From positions 256,491 through 320,490 of the forward strand of contig NIVC01001283.1 in assembly GCA_002269645.1 (NCBI GenBank): a stretch of DNA of 64,000 nt, read 5' to 3'. Below the pieces are notes generated by a model, which did not search any database, was not told the origin of the DNA, and saw only the letters and a program-made list of their open reading frames with translations. Below are positions 1-12,970 of the stretch, piece after piece. Source of the DNA: Macrostomum lignano (lineage: Eukaryota). The position numbers and the translations under genes are program-made. Position 1 is the first letter of the stretch; the number at the start of each line of letters is the position of its first letter.

Positions 1-1980
1 ATAAAGACAAAAAATTCTAGGATCTTTGCAAAACCTCCATGCATAAATATTCAGATAGACTACATTTTGTATATTTGCCCTATACTGTTAATAATGAGAC
101 ATAAACTATAATTTCAGCATCCTAAATTTAATTACTAGATGCCAAATTGGCACCCCTATTTTCCATATTACCATACTTTAAAGTATCATTGATTTGTTAT
201 CCTATTGATTTTTAGATGTAGTCTAGGATGCTAAATGGCACAGTGATTCTAATGCTAAAAAACTAAATTTTTTTAACTCTATGGTAGTGCTAGCAATATA
301 GCACCAACAAATACATCTTTAGTGGTAAAAAAATACCTGATTCATTCTTAGATAGATTTGTGTGTGAAGTCACAAAAATGCCCATCTAAAAAAAGACAAA
401 GTACTAATTAGATGATAGAGGCATTTAGCTTTAATAATAGTCATAGTTACTCCTGCTATTTACCAAAAAATTATATTAAATTTGCTTAGGTCTCTTTCAT
501 AGGTAAATCACATTTTTGGCCAAAAAGTAAATTGTATAGCTAGTATAAATCAAGGTATTGCACATGTATGATCAAGTATCAATATGAAAAGGCTCATTTT
601 TTATAAGTTAGCCACCCCATGCTACACTAGTTGCTAGATCTTATTTGGTGATAGGCTATAGAAGTAAAGTAAGGTAAGTGCTAATAATAGTGCAACATTG
701 GCTTTTGTTATGATGCCATTGTTGACTGGCAAAACTTTATTAGAGATAAATATGCCTAGTACAATATCTCATCGATCATCCAATAGTATTTAGTAATATT
801 AGTGGAGAAATAGAAATAAATGAATCTTATTTGTTTCATTGAAAATAGGCCTGTCATTAACATATATACTAGCCTAGTGAATAAATAATAGTTGAACATA
901 ATACTAAGAAATATATCATGATTCTCATTATTGACTATACAGCTATGGTGCTACTATATTTGATTTATTGTCATGTTTTCCTTGGTAAATGTGTGATCAT
1001 TAATAGATACCAAGTATAAATACATAGCTAGATAGCTTTAGAATCATGATATCAATAGTACAACTAGAAATTTGTTGAGAAAAGTAGATTCTGGAGGGTA
1101 AAAACTAGTAGCATAGCTAGAATGAGAAATACAGGGATATATCCCCCATATTGATGATTTATAGAAAGCTAAAAGATGTTTTTTTGAAAAAACAAAATAA
1201 AGTGGCTTTAGATTTAGAAAAAATACCCAAAATGATATAGTAAACATTCATAAATTATCATTAAAAAATTTTGAACAATATTTTCATGAATTCTAAGTTC
1301 TCAAAATGCCAGAGTTAGGATTTTTTATTTTAATAAAAATAAAGTTTCTGAGCTTATTAATAATGATATAAAATACTTTTCAATGTATAGTAGGCCTAAC
1401 ACAAAAATACAAAACAAACTATTTTATGAGACTGTGACTTTGACCTTTTTCAATTATCTTCCCATTTCAAAATCCTAGCTATGCCACTAGTAAAGGCCCA
1501 AGGAGGGCAAAAGGAGTATGGCTCTATATTTTGACTAAAATTTGCTTGGTCTCCCCTTTGATTTTTTCTAGGTTCCACCTACTTGGCAACCTCCTGCCTT
1601 CCTAATTGCATTATTGGATATTGATTATTTACCATTGGCTTGCCTTTGTTAATCTTTAAGATCTGTATACGCAAACCTCATCATCAAATGGACATAGTCA
1701 TAGGCACACTATAAAGCAAAATTTTTAGCTAGACCTATACATTTTACTAATAGATTTTCAATGGAATTTCAATAGTCAATTTTCAGTGTTAAATATTCAG
1801 TAGTTCTTCCAGAGAATATTTTTAAAAAGACTGTCAGTGTAAACTTTTCAAAATTAAGATCTAATATTCTTATCTCATGTTTTTAATATAAGTGTACCTG
1901 TCCCTGTCTGAACTCTGAATATCTATTTTTGCTGAAACCCACACATTGTTAGACTAGCAGTGTGTTTTAGGCAAACTGAA
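1..1980. other. AT-rich, strongly CpG-depleted non-coding segment
   Basis: Only two CG dinucleotides found by eye (~772, ~1670) before 1985; no credible ORF. Confidence 0.7.
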
Positions 1981-3090
1981 AAAAACGTCGTACAATAAAT
2001 TTTTATTTAGTATTACTATACAATATACATAGTATTATTAGAGCGGCAAAATTATATCACTAAATCCGCGGCGATAATAAATAAAAAAACCTTAGCACTG
2101 TTTGCATTCGAAACATTAGCACTTGTTTTCTATGAACCTTTAGTAATTTTAAACAAAAAAAAATTGGTTACAAAGAAGAGCTTATGCGTATTTAGATTTA
2201 AATCGTATGGGGGTATTGAAAGCTACATTAAACCACAATTGTCTCATGGCGAGTAAAGCAAGGTGATTAGGACGGCGAAGGTGACTGCGATAGACGAAAT
2301 GTAAATTAAATTGTTTATTATCAAATAGATGTAGTATTAGGTGGTCAATATTACTGCCCCGAAGTTGTCCAAAGACTACCGCCTTTTACATTTTACAGAC
2401 CCAGAAAGAATCTTAAGGAAGCAACAGAATTTTTGCCAAACTGGCCTACTTCGCCGCGACCCTGCTGCACTGTCGTTGCCGTATTAGGCAATTCTTGCGG
2501 ACCGAAATTAGACGAAACTATAGCTTCCACATTTCCATGGTTTTCACTGAATTATGGCCTGCATTGCACCAAGATCAGCTCTCTCCAAAGTTCTGGTCGC
2601 GTCACTGCTGCCCTGGGAAAGTTTTTCGACACGCTACTGTATTTGTGTGAAATAAGTGAAACTGAGGTTTTACGGGTGATACTGTACATTTACTATAATA
2701 TGTGAAGGTAAGATAGAAATATACGTTAGACATGTATTTCTCCAGAAAGAATATAGGTACAATGCATGCACATTAGCCAGCATTTATCTTCTTAGCAGTT
2801 TTGTCATTATACCTACTAATAAAACATTATTCAGATAGGATCCGGCAGAAAAAAAGTTTTATATATAAAGACCATGACAGCGTCAATTTCGGATTGCTCT
2901 CCTAATCAAATGCGGTTTTCGAAGATAAAATTTACTGATTTTTACACAGGTTTTCTTTCGGTATGTAGCTTAGCTAGATATATCAGGGTATGTGAGAGCC
3001 GAAAGAAGAGTCAATTGAAATGGTAAGTTTTTTTGGGACACGGCCGCTATACTGAGCATCAATCTACACTCGATATTACATGTATCTGGG

Positions 3091-3281
3091 CAAGGAGTTC
3101 TATAATTAGCAATCTGGAGTGGAAACGAGTTTTACCTCATGAGGCCACGCAAATTGTTAAGATAAGGAGCTAGCACTGAATGTCTATGGCTCCGTCGGAC
3201 TCTGTCTATGCTACTCTGGCCTCATGAGGTATAAGTGAAAAACTCTTTTCCACTCCAGGTTGCTAATTATAGAACTCCTTG
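3091..3281. mobile_element. P-family-like MITE
   Basis: ~55 bp TIRs beginning CAAGGAGTTCTATAATTAGCAA; 7 bp TSD ATCTGGG (3084-3090, 3282-3288); GTCTATGGC in the centre. Confidence 0.8.
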
Positions 3282-3295
3282 ATCTGGGTTTAGAC

Positions 3296-3612
3296 CATGG
3301 AGGAAAGAATAGAATGGAGTGCTAATGTGAGCCAGTTATTTTTATCTCGCTCGATCTTCACTTTTAACATCCCTTTCCCCCGTTCTTTCCTATTGGCTCG
3401 TGACTGCCATAGACAAAGTATTTTTCGTGTCGCTTTCGTTTTCGTTCCCCTCTGAAAGGTATGTCCCAGCATAGTACGAGCTCGCATCAAAATATGCTTT
3501 CAGCCAATAGGAAGGAACGGGGGGAAAGGGATGTTACGACGTAAAAGCGAAAATCGAGCGAGATAAAAATAACTGGCTCAGATTACCACTCCATTCTATT
3601 TTTTCCTCCATG
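3296..3612. mobile_element. P-family-like MITE
   Basis: ~100 bp TIRs beginning CATGGAGGAAA; 8 bp TSD GTTTAGAC (3288-3295, 3613-3620). A related fragment occurs inverted at ~17370-17490. Confidence 0.85.
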
Positions 3613-4699
3613 GTTTAGACGTACATTTGACTATAATTGCGATTGCTATATATACATGTAGATTCTGTCAGTGTCTATGGTCGAAATCTATGTGAGAGCG
3701 CGGTTTGAATCAAACTTGCATACGATGGCCACAGACTAATTGAGCTTTGCATGCGCTAAATGGTGGTTACATATCGATCGATAAAATTCAGTCTTAAACT
3801 GACAGCAACCCCGGCCAAGACTTTAGTGCACGCAATTTAAAAAAAAATACAGGATAAATTTTTCTGAGAGTTTTAAAAAGGGTAGGCCAATTCACAAGGA
3901 AAAATAATATCTGCAGCTAGTCCTGAGGCTAGGCTATATCAGCATCACAGAAGCGAATAAGAAGCTTTCAATTTTTTCTATAGCTCTTCAGAGATTACAC
4001 TACATGTACGCGTAGTAACAGTGTAGCAATTGGAATATCCTTAACTTTGCATAGAATTCACGCAAGGCTGCTTTCTGAGCGGTAAGTGTTTTTGAGCTTT
4101 TTTATGCATTTGAATTTTTTAAGACAGCGAAGTTGCTCGTAATTTCGATGTCCTCAATTTTAAAGTGACTTGTTGGTATTATGGGAAAATCAAGTATTTG
4201 CATGAGGAAAGTTCTCAACAATATACAAATTTGTACATTCAGACTGAACAGAAATATTTTGTGTAAACTTAACAACGGAGAAAATTTAATGTAAACATGC
4301 ACAGGATTCATAATAGGAGAATTAAGTGTGCATTATTGAATACACAGTAGAGATCTTAGGAGTTTTTATGAGCTTCGTAAGTTGTTGCACAAAGACAATA
4401 AGTGTCCACCATTTTCTCGAGAATTTCTTCCGTCAGTTGAAGTGGCAAATCGGAGACTGTGGGCCATAGAAAAATTTATTCTGATACACGATTCAATGCG
4501 CATCGCTCAATCCACAGGATTTTGAGGTAAACAGTTTTAGGAAAACGAATGACAGCAGGAAATGAGAACAAAGAACTGAGGGGTGTTTCTCGAAAGCTTG
4601 CTTAAGATCTATGGTAAGACAGACTGCGTATGATTAATCGTAAGGGCGTATCAACATCCAGAAGGTCGACAGCGAGCATTCAATCGCGAGCTCAGGCTA

Positions 4700-5190
4700 C
4701 TTTGTGGCGTGTTTGCTGATGCCACAGACGGAGATGGTGGCCTCGAGCTGGCTTCCTCTGCCATGCCAATCCTCAATCCAGAAGACAATGGGCGTCAGTC
4801 GTGGATTGTCTTCGCCAATTATTTGCAGCACCTTCAAGTCAGTAGCCGACATTTCGGCGGCGGTCCGTCACCGGTTTTCTCTACGTTTTTCTCCTTGATT
4901 CGCTGCAAGATCTTCTTTCAACTTTTTTGTAACTTTTCAAAAGGGTAGCTAGTCTTGCACTGCTCATTGATCAGAGCTGTCACGATCTCCCAGGCCGTTT
5001 GCTCGTCGTTTCTGGCACGCAGGCGGTTGGCCTTTCGACAAAATGGCAGACGAATGTCCCTGCAGGGCATCGAGAAGAATGTCTTCGTAGTCTTTTGCTT
5101 ACATGTGGTTGTGTAGTAGTGACATTTAGTAGCGCAGAAGAAACAAGTGTAAGAAAAATCAATTTTGAGCTTGCCTTTTCATTGTGCTCC
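4700..5190 (-). pseudogene. Degenerate Myb/SANT-like gene of the Harbinger-accessory type
   Basis: Broken frames give AWEIVTALINEQCKTSYPFEKLQKK and KTGDGPPP..SATDLKVLQIIGEDNP, typical of Harbinger Myb-like proteins; a Harbinger-like end GGGTGTTTCTCGAAAG lies at 4581. Confidence 0.55.
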
Positions 5191-5459
5191 GTTTTTATGT
5201 TCTACTGACTTTGGCACATAGATTATAGGTAATTTCTTTAAAAATTGAACTTGAGTTTGGCGTTCGGTGCTTGCCTAGACCACAGATTCTATAAACACTA
5301 GATGGCTCCTCACTCAGCGAAAAATCTTGCTCCCAAACAGATCGTCTATGGTTGGAATCGCTATTTTTAGCCCTAGTGTTAAACGCAGGCTTTTAATGTG
5401 TTCTATACTCTTCTACTTTGTTCTATTCTTCTAGCTATGGAAAGTGAAAGCGAGGCATT

Positions 5460-7046
5460 GGGCCGTATGAATAAAACGTGAGAAAATCTTTAAAGATTAT
5501 CTTTCGAGCCAAGAATTTCTTTAAAGAAATTCTTTTCCGGCAAGAAAATCTGTTGGAGAAAATCTTACGAGTCAAGATATTCTAGAAAAGACATGAATAA
5601 AAGTTTCTCGGCTCGTGAGATTTTCTCGGCGACTGCCACTTGGCTGAAAGTTGTCTAGGGCCCAAACCAAGATGTCGGTGACGTGGAATCGACGGCCGTC
5701 TCCTCAGGCTTGGGCGCAGCCCATGCTGTGTCTATGGCTAAAACCACGTGAAGACCGAAAATCCGTCCAGAAAAATCCTACTAGAAAGTGGCAAAATCCA
5801 TGTGGAGTTTACCTGAACATCAGGTGACAGGAAAGTCACTTTGCTTTGAAATTTTACCCTGAGATTGAGCGTCCTGGCATCGAATGGTTGCCAATTTTTT
5901 ACATGTATATCGTGATTACTCTTTGCAGGAGCCCAGAAACAATGCAAAAAAAACTGCGAGCATGTTATAAGACGCTGCGTGAGGGGTAGAAATGGGAGCT
6001 GCCGTGTGTACAAAACTGTGTCCTTGGACCGTTCGCAAGCTGAGCGACGTAAATAGCCTACCAGTGAAGTATGCTACCAGATTTCATTGAAACCGCGCAA
6101 TCTTCTCTCGAGAAACATGTCTGCCGCATCGGATGCCGAGTCTGAAAGTCAACAGGAAGCCGAGGAGGAAGCCGACTACATTGTCAACGTACTCTCTAAG
6201 CACCCGGTTCTTTTATCAAAGAGTAGCACGCCCGTCGTGAAGAAGAAGAAGGAGGCGGCCATTGCAGCATTGTGCGCTGAGTTAGAAATGCTGACAGGAA
6301 AGCTGTTCGAGACCGGCAAAACATCGAAGAAGATCGCCAACATGAAGACGCGTATGAAGGGCAAGGTGGATCGAAATAGGACAGGGAATCGTCCCATAAA
6401 ACTTCTTCCATGGGAATCCAGGTTGGCCCGCATAATGGACGCGGATTCGAATCCAACAATGTCGCAAACTCCAGGGGCAAGTGCGGCTGGATTCCAAGCA
6501 AGTGCAACCGTCGTCTCGCCACAGCCAGCTGATGAGAGACGTTCACCCTCCGTGCAGCCTAAGGAACCAGCGAGGAAGCGTCGCATGTCTGGCGAGACAG
6601 AGGAGACGGAGAAGTTGGGCAACGCCGATTTGCAACGACTGGTGCTGCTGGAGCAGCTGCGCTACGTCAGACTGAACGTCAGTCAGATATGTCTCCACTG
6701 GAGTGGCCTGTCGGGGCAGGTACTCCTTGGTCTTTCTGATCTGAAGGAACATCTCGTGTCTCGTGTTATGGGCGCTGAAGATTCGCTTGAGCCAGAGAAA
6801 GAGTTGCTCGCATAAAACTCAAGTGTCGGCTCTCTCGGCGAGAAAATCACGTCTTTTATTCATCAGAAAGCAAGAAAATCTTTTCCTCGTGAGATTTTCT
6901 TGCCGAGCAAATCTTTTCTTGTGAAAGCTCGAGATTTTCTTGGCGAGAAAATCTTGCAAGAAACTCGCAGTTTTTTATTCTTATAAACGCAAGAAATTCT
7001 TGGATTTCTTGCAAGAAAAAAATTTCTTTTTTTATTCATACGGCTC
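5460..7046. mobile_element. Non-autonomous PIF/Harbinger element
   Basis: TIR G(G/A)GCCGTATGAATAA; 3 bp TSD ATT (5457-5459, 7047-7049); subterminal GAGAAAATC/GATTTTCTC repeats; Myb-like ORF inside. Confidence 0.8.
6117..6815 (+). CDS. Myb/SANT-like DNA-binding protein (Harbinger accessory ORF)
   Basis: Open frame from ATG 6117 with KHPVLLSKSSTPVVKKKKEAA...KKIANMKTRMKGKVDRNRTGNRPIKLLPWE; the 3' end may be spliced. Confidence 0.7.
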   Translation: MSAASDAESESQQEAEEEADYIVNVLSKHPVLLSKSSTPVVKKKKEAAIAALCAELEMLTGKLFETGKTSKKIANMKTRMKGKVDRNRTGNRPIKLLPWESRLARIMDADSNPTMSQTPGASAAGFQASATVVSPQPADERRSPSVQPKEPARKRRMSGETEETEKLGNADLQRLVLLEQLRYVRLNVSQICLHWSGLSGQVLLGLSDLKEHLVSRVMGAEDSLEPEKELLA

Positions 7047-7660
7047 ATTTACCTCAAAATTGCCGAACTTTTTGCCATAACGTTTGATAGAAAAATCGGA
7101 AGATGTCTCAAATTTCACACTGTCCTTCGTTTAGATAAAAGCAGACATCTGTGAAAAGACGACATCAATAGGACCTGCTTGTCACACGTTATACCACAAT
7201 TATCGGCACTTTAAAACAAAGGCATATCGTAAAGAAGTCTCTTAAAGTGCCGATAATTGTCGCATAAATTCTGATTGGAAAATCCTACTGCCTTCAGATT
7301 TTCACAACCTGGTGCCATCATTTGTGGAGGTGGCTGGGTAAAACTGGAAGCCTCTGAATTTGTTGAATCAAAATTTATAGCGAAATTTCGGCACTTTTGA
7401 GGCGAAAACATTAAGCATTGAACAAATAGGAGATTTAAAGGCACTTTATTGTATACATTATATTTAAGATATATACTTTATATGGGTTGCAAAAATATTT
7501 AAGCAGAAACCAAATTGTTTGGGCGATAAAGTTCATAATTTGCCCTGGCAACTCGCAACAGCGTATGCAGTAAGAAAGTGACACCCATTATTCGAAAAAA
7601 GTGAAAACAGAGATACGAGTAGGTAGGAAGAAGTGCACAACTATGAAGCAACGATGAGTA

Positions 7661-8287
7661 TTGGTTTTTGCATGCTAAGTGAGACATTTTTCAAGCAATC
7701 TAAGACTGAATAGCAAAAACACTATTGTCTATGGCCACCCCTCGCTGCAGCCCAGCTTTTTGGGATCGCCTTGCAAGCAAAGTGAGAAATTTTTTCAAGC
7801 TAAGTGAGAACCATATTGAAAACAAAAGCTGGGCTATGGCAAATCAACCACCAGGCATGACACGAGATGATTGGCGATACATGCTGATGGATCGGCTTGG
7901 AAGAGAATCGCTGCATGTCATTACTCCGCACAAGATCGCAGGCTGGGAGCTCCACTGCACTCGAAAGTTTGCTCAGTGTATCAACATGCAACCCTTTATT
8001 TGAACGCTTATAACATTATCAACAATTTTTGTACCGCTTGTTTTGTTGTGTTCCTGCGTATCCTTTTCTAAATATATAGTTTCCGACAGTACATCATTTT
8101 GTAATTTCGTAAAACCACCCGTTTGTTTTCAATATGGTTCTCACTTAGCATGAAAAAATTTCTCACTTTGCTTGCAAGGCGATCCCAAAAAGCTGGGCTG
8201 CAGCGAGGGGTGGCCATAGACAATAGTGTTTTTGCTATTCAGTCTCAGATTGCTTAAAAAATGTCTCACTTAGCATGCAAAAACCAA
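7661..8287 (+). mobile_element. Internal-deletion derivative of the IS630/Tc1-like element at 44543-46084
   Basis: Same TIR TTGGTTTTTGCATGCTAAGTGAG, TA flanks; N-terminal MANQ is joined directly to the C-terminal PPGMTRDDWRY...QPFI. Confidence 0.9.
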
Positions 8288-8289
8288 TA

Positions 8290-8888
8290 TCGCTTTTGAC
8301 GCTCTAGATAAGACTTTAGACATTCAAAATAAGACTGCATAGGATCGCATGCAAGGCCAGGCTAGCCACGGCCAGAGCATGCCCAGTCTTGGCTGCAGGA
8401 ATGGCTTGGCCATAGACTAAAAAATGGAATATCAAAATGAGAATAAGACGCTCAATATGAGACTGAGTGTGAAAGCCTTCAGATATCGCTCTAACCCTCT
8501 GACCTTCAGCCAGCTCTCCTTCTTCACCCCTTGGGTTGCATCTGACCCCTTGGATTTCACTGTGATGGCACCATCGATTCCTGCAGCAGACCAGTAAACA
8601 ATGGATCAACCATCCTAGCTGCCGCTCAAATTCTGCTTCTTGTTTATTGCCTAATTTCTCCTTAGCTGTTTGTATGGTGACTGCCAAAAAGCAAATAAAT
8701 TACGTTCACTCCCGGTCTCATATTGAGCGTCTTATTCTCATTTTGATATTCCATTTTTTAGTCTATGGCCAAGCCATTCCTGCAGCCAAGACTGGGCATG
8801 CTCTGGCCGTGGCTAGCCTGGCCTTGCTTGCGATCCTATGCAGTCTTATTTTGAATGTCTAAAGTCTTATCTAGAGCGTCAAAAGCGA
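8290..8888. mobile_element. TA-flanked MITE with ~175 bp TIRs
   Basis: 8290-8464 is the near-perfect reverse complement of ~8713-8888 (TCGCTTTTGACGCTCTAGATAAG...); TA on both sides. Confidence 0.85.
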
Positions 8889-9192
8889 TACTTACAGGAG
8901 TTTAGTACGCCAATAACATGCTCGAAACAATGCATCTAACTATGCTTCCACTGTTGAAAAACTGCTTTGTGTCAAATTCTGTTTTTTATTGAGGAAATCG
9001 AGGTCTGTTTAGCTTAATTAAGTGTATGGCAGACAGCTGTTCTTATAAGACTTGCAGATTATGGCGCTGTGGTGTGAATTAGTTCAACCTTCTTAACTTA
9101 CGCTTAGATGCGATCGCCGATCTAGAAGCATCGAATGCGCGTGTCTGGAGGCGACACCAATGGTGCAGCCGCAGACGAATGAAGCAGCAGAC

Positions 9193-9585
9193 TTACTCGA
9201 ACACCTGGTCACGGTGGATGTCGCACGCGGACATGTTGTCCGCCTCCTCATCACTCCGCAAGATGACAGACTCCAGATTCTCTGGCAGCAATCGAGGCAT
9301 CACTAGCTGCAGATCGAGAGGAGCGTTCCACTTCAGCCGAGAGCCTGGTTCATGTCGCATGGCAGCTGGGCAAGAGCACGCCTCTTCCACAAAATGATCG
9401 CTGCACACTTTTAAGTCTCTGCATCGAATTTCCTCGAGCGGGAACGGCAGCTCCAGAATCTGCATCCATCGCGTAGCGGTTGCCGTATCTTGAGGAAATC
9501 GGTGCAGCTTGATAGGGGTGTTTTGAGGCGGAGAGGTAACTGCCTTATTTTTGCAGCCTGCAGCACAGCAGATTTTTGAGTTCAT
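9193..9585 (-). CDS. THAP zinc-finger domain (N-terminus of a P-type transposase, truncated)
   Basis: C2CH signature CCAAGC...LHRFP...W...VCSDHF; lies inside the TSD-flanked element 5281-9839. Confidence 0.85.
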   Translation of the reverse strand: MNSKICCAAGCKNKAVTSPPQNTPIKLHRFPQDTATATRWMQILELPFPLEEIRCRDLKVCSDHFVEEACSCPAAMRHEPGSRLKWNAPLDLQLVMPRLLPENLESVILRSDEEADNMSACDIHRDQVFE

Positions 9586-9881
9586 TACCAGAAGCTTGTT
9601 GGTCTTCGCCTTCGGTGTTCAGTGTCAAATATATAATTCTATCTAGTTGTTGCAGGAGAAAGAACTGGGTGTGCTAGAATCAGTGAGAGAAAAGTTTTTT
9701 TGCTGGCTCTACGCTAGTTATAAGCTGCTGGCGCGGGGGGCGAAGTCTCGCGAGCGAGGGATTCCAACCATAGACAGTGAGAATTTGGCCTCCACTGAAG
9801 GAATGGAGAGTGAGCCATCTAGTGTTTATAGAATCTGTGGCCTAGACTAGAGTAGCCTAGATTCTTCTCCTTAGTTAGGAC

Positions 9882-10380
9882 CATAGATAAAAAAACACTA
9901 GATGGATCCTCGCCTATTTCATGAATATGCTACTTTCAATTGGGCGTCTGTATAGAGTTTTTTGGATATATTTTTGCATCTAGTGAAGTGTTAATTTTAT
10001 ATTTAGATTATGATGCAGAATGCAGATTAAAAAGTGCACGTGCACCAGTGAACCACTTTTTGCTAACACGTAGCCAGCAACATATTCCATGGCTTCGATT
10101 GATGCGTCAGGAGAAGCAAACGACTGCAAACTGCATTGGAGCCCCTCATCTGTGCGTGTCGTCGGCACGGTTTCAGAAAAAGATGCGCTTGATCCAGCTG
10201 GTAAATTTGGCGCTTGAGTAATGCATGCTGCTGTGACGCCAGCAGAGCAGTAGTCGCTGCTGCAATTCCCAGTTTTTTACTCGGGTTTCATTATGCCACT
10301 CGCAGAAATCGATCGAAGGGCACCAAATAGAGGCTGGAAGTTCTGGCTTTTCATTGAACCTGTAGAGGGTGCTACAACTA
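9882..10380 (-). pseudogene. End and C-terminal remnant of a second P/THAP9-like transposase
   Basis: TIR-like CATAGATAAAAAAACACTAGATGG at 9882; minus frame reads SQNFQPLFGALRS..TGNCSSD..EAMEYVAGYVLAK with a stop. Confidence 0.6.
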
Positions 10381-11180
10381 AGAACAAAAGGCAGATAATT
10401 GCAGTGGAACGAAGGGGTGAAGCTAGCGGTAGGGAATGCCGCTCTGGCTTCTTAGCTTAGCGCTGACGAACTGTATTTGATCATTAACCTCTGCCATAGA
10501 CAATAGAAGCATACTTAGTGTTGTAGTGTTGTAGTGTTATATTAAAACGCATAGTGCTATAACTACCCCCTCCCAAAAGGAAGATAACTAGATGTGCATC
10601 GGTTCGGTACAGTAACATTATGAAAACGGCATCATGCACAAACAAGAACATGTTCGTAGTGTCCGTAGGGACACACGTACGAGCAACATAAATATATAAA
10701 CTAATTGAACGTACATATAGCTATTGCAAACCCCAGACGCAAAAGTACAAGCATAGACAGCTCCAGAACAATGACTACGCTGTGCATTTCATCACTAATC
10801 TTTATCCATGTTCTTGGCTGCGGGCCGTCACCTTGCTACTCTGGGGCTATTTCATAGCTAGCGTCGCTATCTTCATCTTCCAAGCTCATATTGTTGCTGA
10901 TTTGTAGGTTAGAGAGCGATGGTAATCCTTTAGCAGACATGAGAGGACTTCCAAAGATGAATTCTTTGCTCACCAGTCACTTTTTATGCCATAGACTGGG
11001 GGCAGCAGTTGTCTCGAGTGTAGCGCTCTGCCACTGTGAGTTAAGCCAACTGCTGCTAAGCTCAAACTGACTGCAAAAAGCTATAATACATCCTTTTTGT
11101 AAGCAGATGCCATATTGCTTAAGTAAATTAAATAGGAGCTACTTTTGGCTTCGAAAACTGAGAAGTAAAATAACTTTAAT

Positions 11181-11400
11181 TTATATTTGTACGGCACGCC
11201 AGTCGGCAAAACAGGGGGCTGCGCACAGTCCAGGGTTGCCTTCACATGAGCCACAGCATAAGACGGTTTTCTTGGCCTGGCCGTTCCTGTAGCTCTGTCT
11301 GCACCGCTTCGTTGGTCGGGCCTGCGCTTCGGTGGCTTCAATGCGCTTCAGCGAGTGCTGTTGGCGAGCCACTGCTAACTGCTGCTGTGCCCGAGCAGCT
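11181..11400 (-). pseudogene. piggyBac cysteine-rich C-terminal domain remnant
   Basis: ARPTKRCRQSYRNGQAKKTVLCCGSCEGNPGLCAAPCFADW aligns with the C-terminus of the piggyBac at 25978-27809. Confidence 0.75.
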
Positions 11401-11526
11401 CGTATACGACCTGGTCCCGAGGAGTCGATTGAGTTTTTGAAACTAAAAACTCGAGTGTACCTCAGCAAGATCGGTACACAATCCATCCGTTTCTGGCCAG
11501 CACAGGAACAAGATGATAGAACACTA

Positions 11527-12970
11527 CAGGAATTCAATTTAGACTCTCTTTCATATTCAACCGAGTCCTTTCGATTCAGTCAGGCAAAATTGTCTATGGA
11601 TTTTCTCTCTTTATTTTTCCACTTGCAGAACCATTAGAGGAAATTCTAAACAGACACAAGACAATCAAAATAAACACTTTCAAACTGAAACGGTAAACAT
11701 TAGGACAGTCTCAGCACTCAGCAGGAACCTACAACGCTGCAACCTGCAACGCTACAGTACACGCATCTGCGGCAAATCAACCATCTAAAATAGCTTGTCG
11801 AACAAAGTATCTTTGCACGTAGGTGAAAATGTGGTTGAACCACGCGTTGCACTTGTCCGCAGTCACGCAGTGTGCCGTCTGCTGTATCATGGCCACGAGG
11901 GTCTCCTTGAGATGAGCAGTCGCCTGATCGTGGCAGAATCTGGCATCTCGTAGTACTCGGCGTCGTTGTGGGAGCTAACCTTGTCGATGACAATGTGGCA
12001 CTGCGATCATGGGAACTCCGATTGGATGTGCAAAAATTCTCCAAATCACTCCTTAGTCATCCCCCTGTTGTACGTCTGATAATGCACAATGCCGACCGCA
12101 GGGCAGACTGCGACACGCACAGTCACGCGGAGCCGCTTCTGCGAGCCGACCTGCCTGTAGACGCGCTCTCCACGTTGGGATCGTCGCTGCGATCGGCGCA
12201 TCCACGTATCGAAGTCGAATTCGTCGATGAAAATCTTGTGCACAGCAAAAACCTCAGCCGAACAGATCCATTCACAGAAGTCCACTCGTTCTTGAATTAC
12301 GTGTGGCGAGATGCGTCCCGCAGGCAGGTCCCTGGCTAGCTTGGTGGTGTAAAGAGCCCCATTCAACTTGGCACTCACGGTCTTGTCAGTGACGACCAGC
12401 TAAGCTGGCAGATGCTGGCGCAGAAGTGAGTTGAGTTGCTTCAGTTTAATCAGAGGATTGGCTTCCACCTGAGCACAAATGAACTCCTGCATCCCTGCGT
12501 CCCACTTGATTCGCTTGGCACCTCCTTTAGGCAGCTTGTCCACTCTCTCGGATCTCACAATCGTGTGCGCAGTCGCGCGCTTGATGTTCAGCCAGAGCGA
12601 CGAAGTCTTCCCCTTTTTCAGAGGTTTCAATGATCCGGCGTCCATCGGTGTCACCGATATTGTTGTACGTACGGGGCTGTTGACCCTCTGCGTCTTCTGA
12701 ATTTTCATCTTTTTTATCCTGATCGTCCTCTCCTGTTCCTTCTTCGCCTTCCTCTTCAAACAGCTCATCTTGCACGTCTCGTCTTCTTTCATGTCTTCAC
12801 TCCCGACCTCAGTCATTGTGTTTGATTTGATAAGACGTCTGTCTCTTTCGGTTTTCTTCTTTTCACCTGAGTCGGTTATAAACTTGCATGTTTAGCCATA
12901 GACAATTTTGGCTGACTGAATCGAAAGGGTTCTCTTGAATATGAAAGGGAGAGTCTTAATTGAATTTCTG
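11527..12970 (-). mobile_element. Degenerate IS630/Tc1-like element
   Basis: ~75 bp imperfect TIRs (11527-11599 vs 12896-12970) containing GTCTATGG; frameshifted transposase fragments (QVEANPLIKLKQL, KIFIDEFDFDTWMRRSQ, VAVCPAVGIVHY) homologous to the ORFs at 45014 and 46460. Confidence 0.8.

Larger units (their letters stand above)
5281..9839 (-). mobile_element. P-family (THAP) DNA transposon, degenerate, carrying nested insertions
   Basis: TIR CACAGATTCTATAAACACTAGATGGCTC at both ends; 8 bp TSD GCCTAGAC (5273-5280, 9840-9847); THAP ORF near the right end. Confidence 0.85.

Noticed and set aside
2280-2620. Possible Tc1/mariner (DD37D-like) remnant on the plus strand
   Set aside because: Only a vague WPTSP resemblance; no catalytic motif or TIR confirmed.
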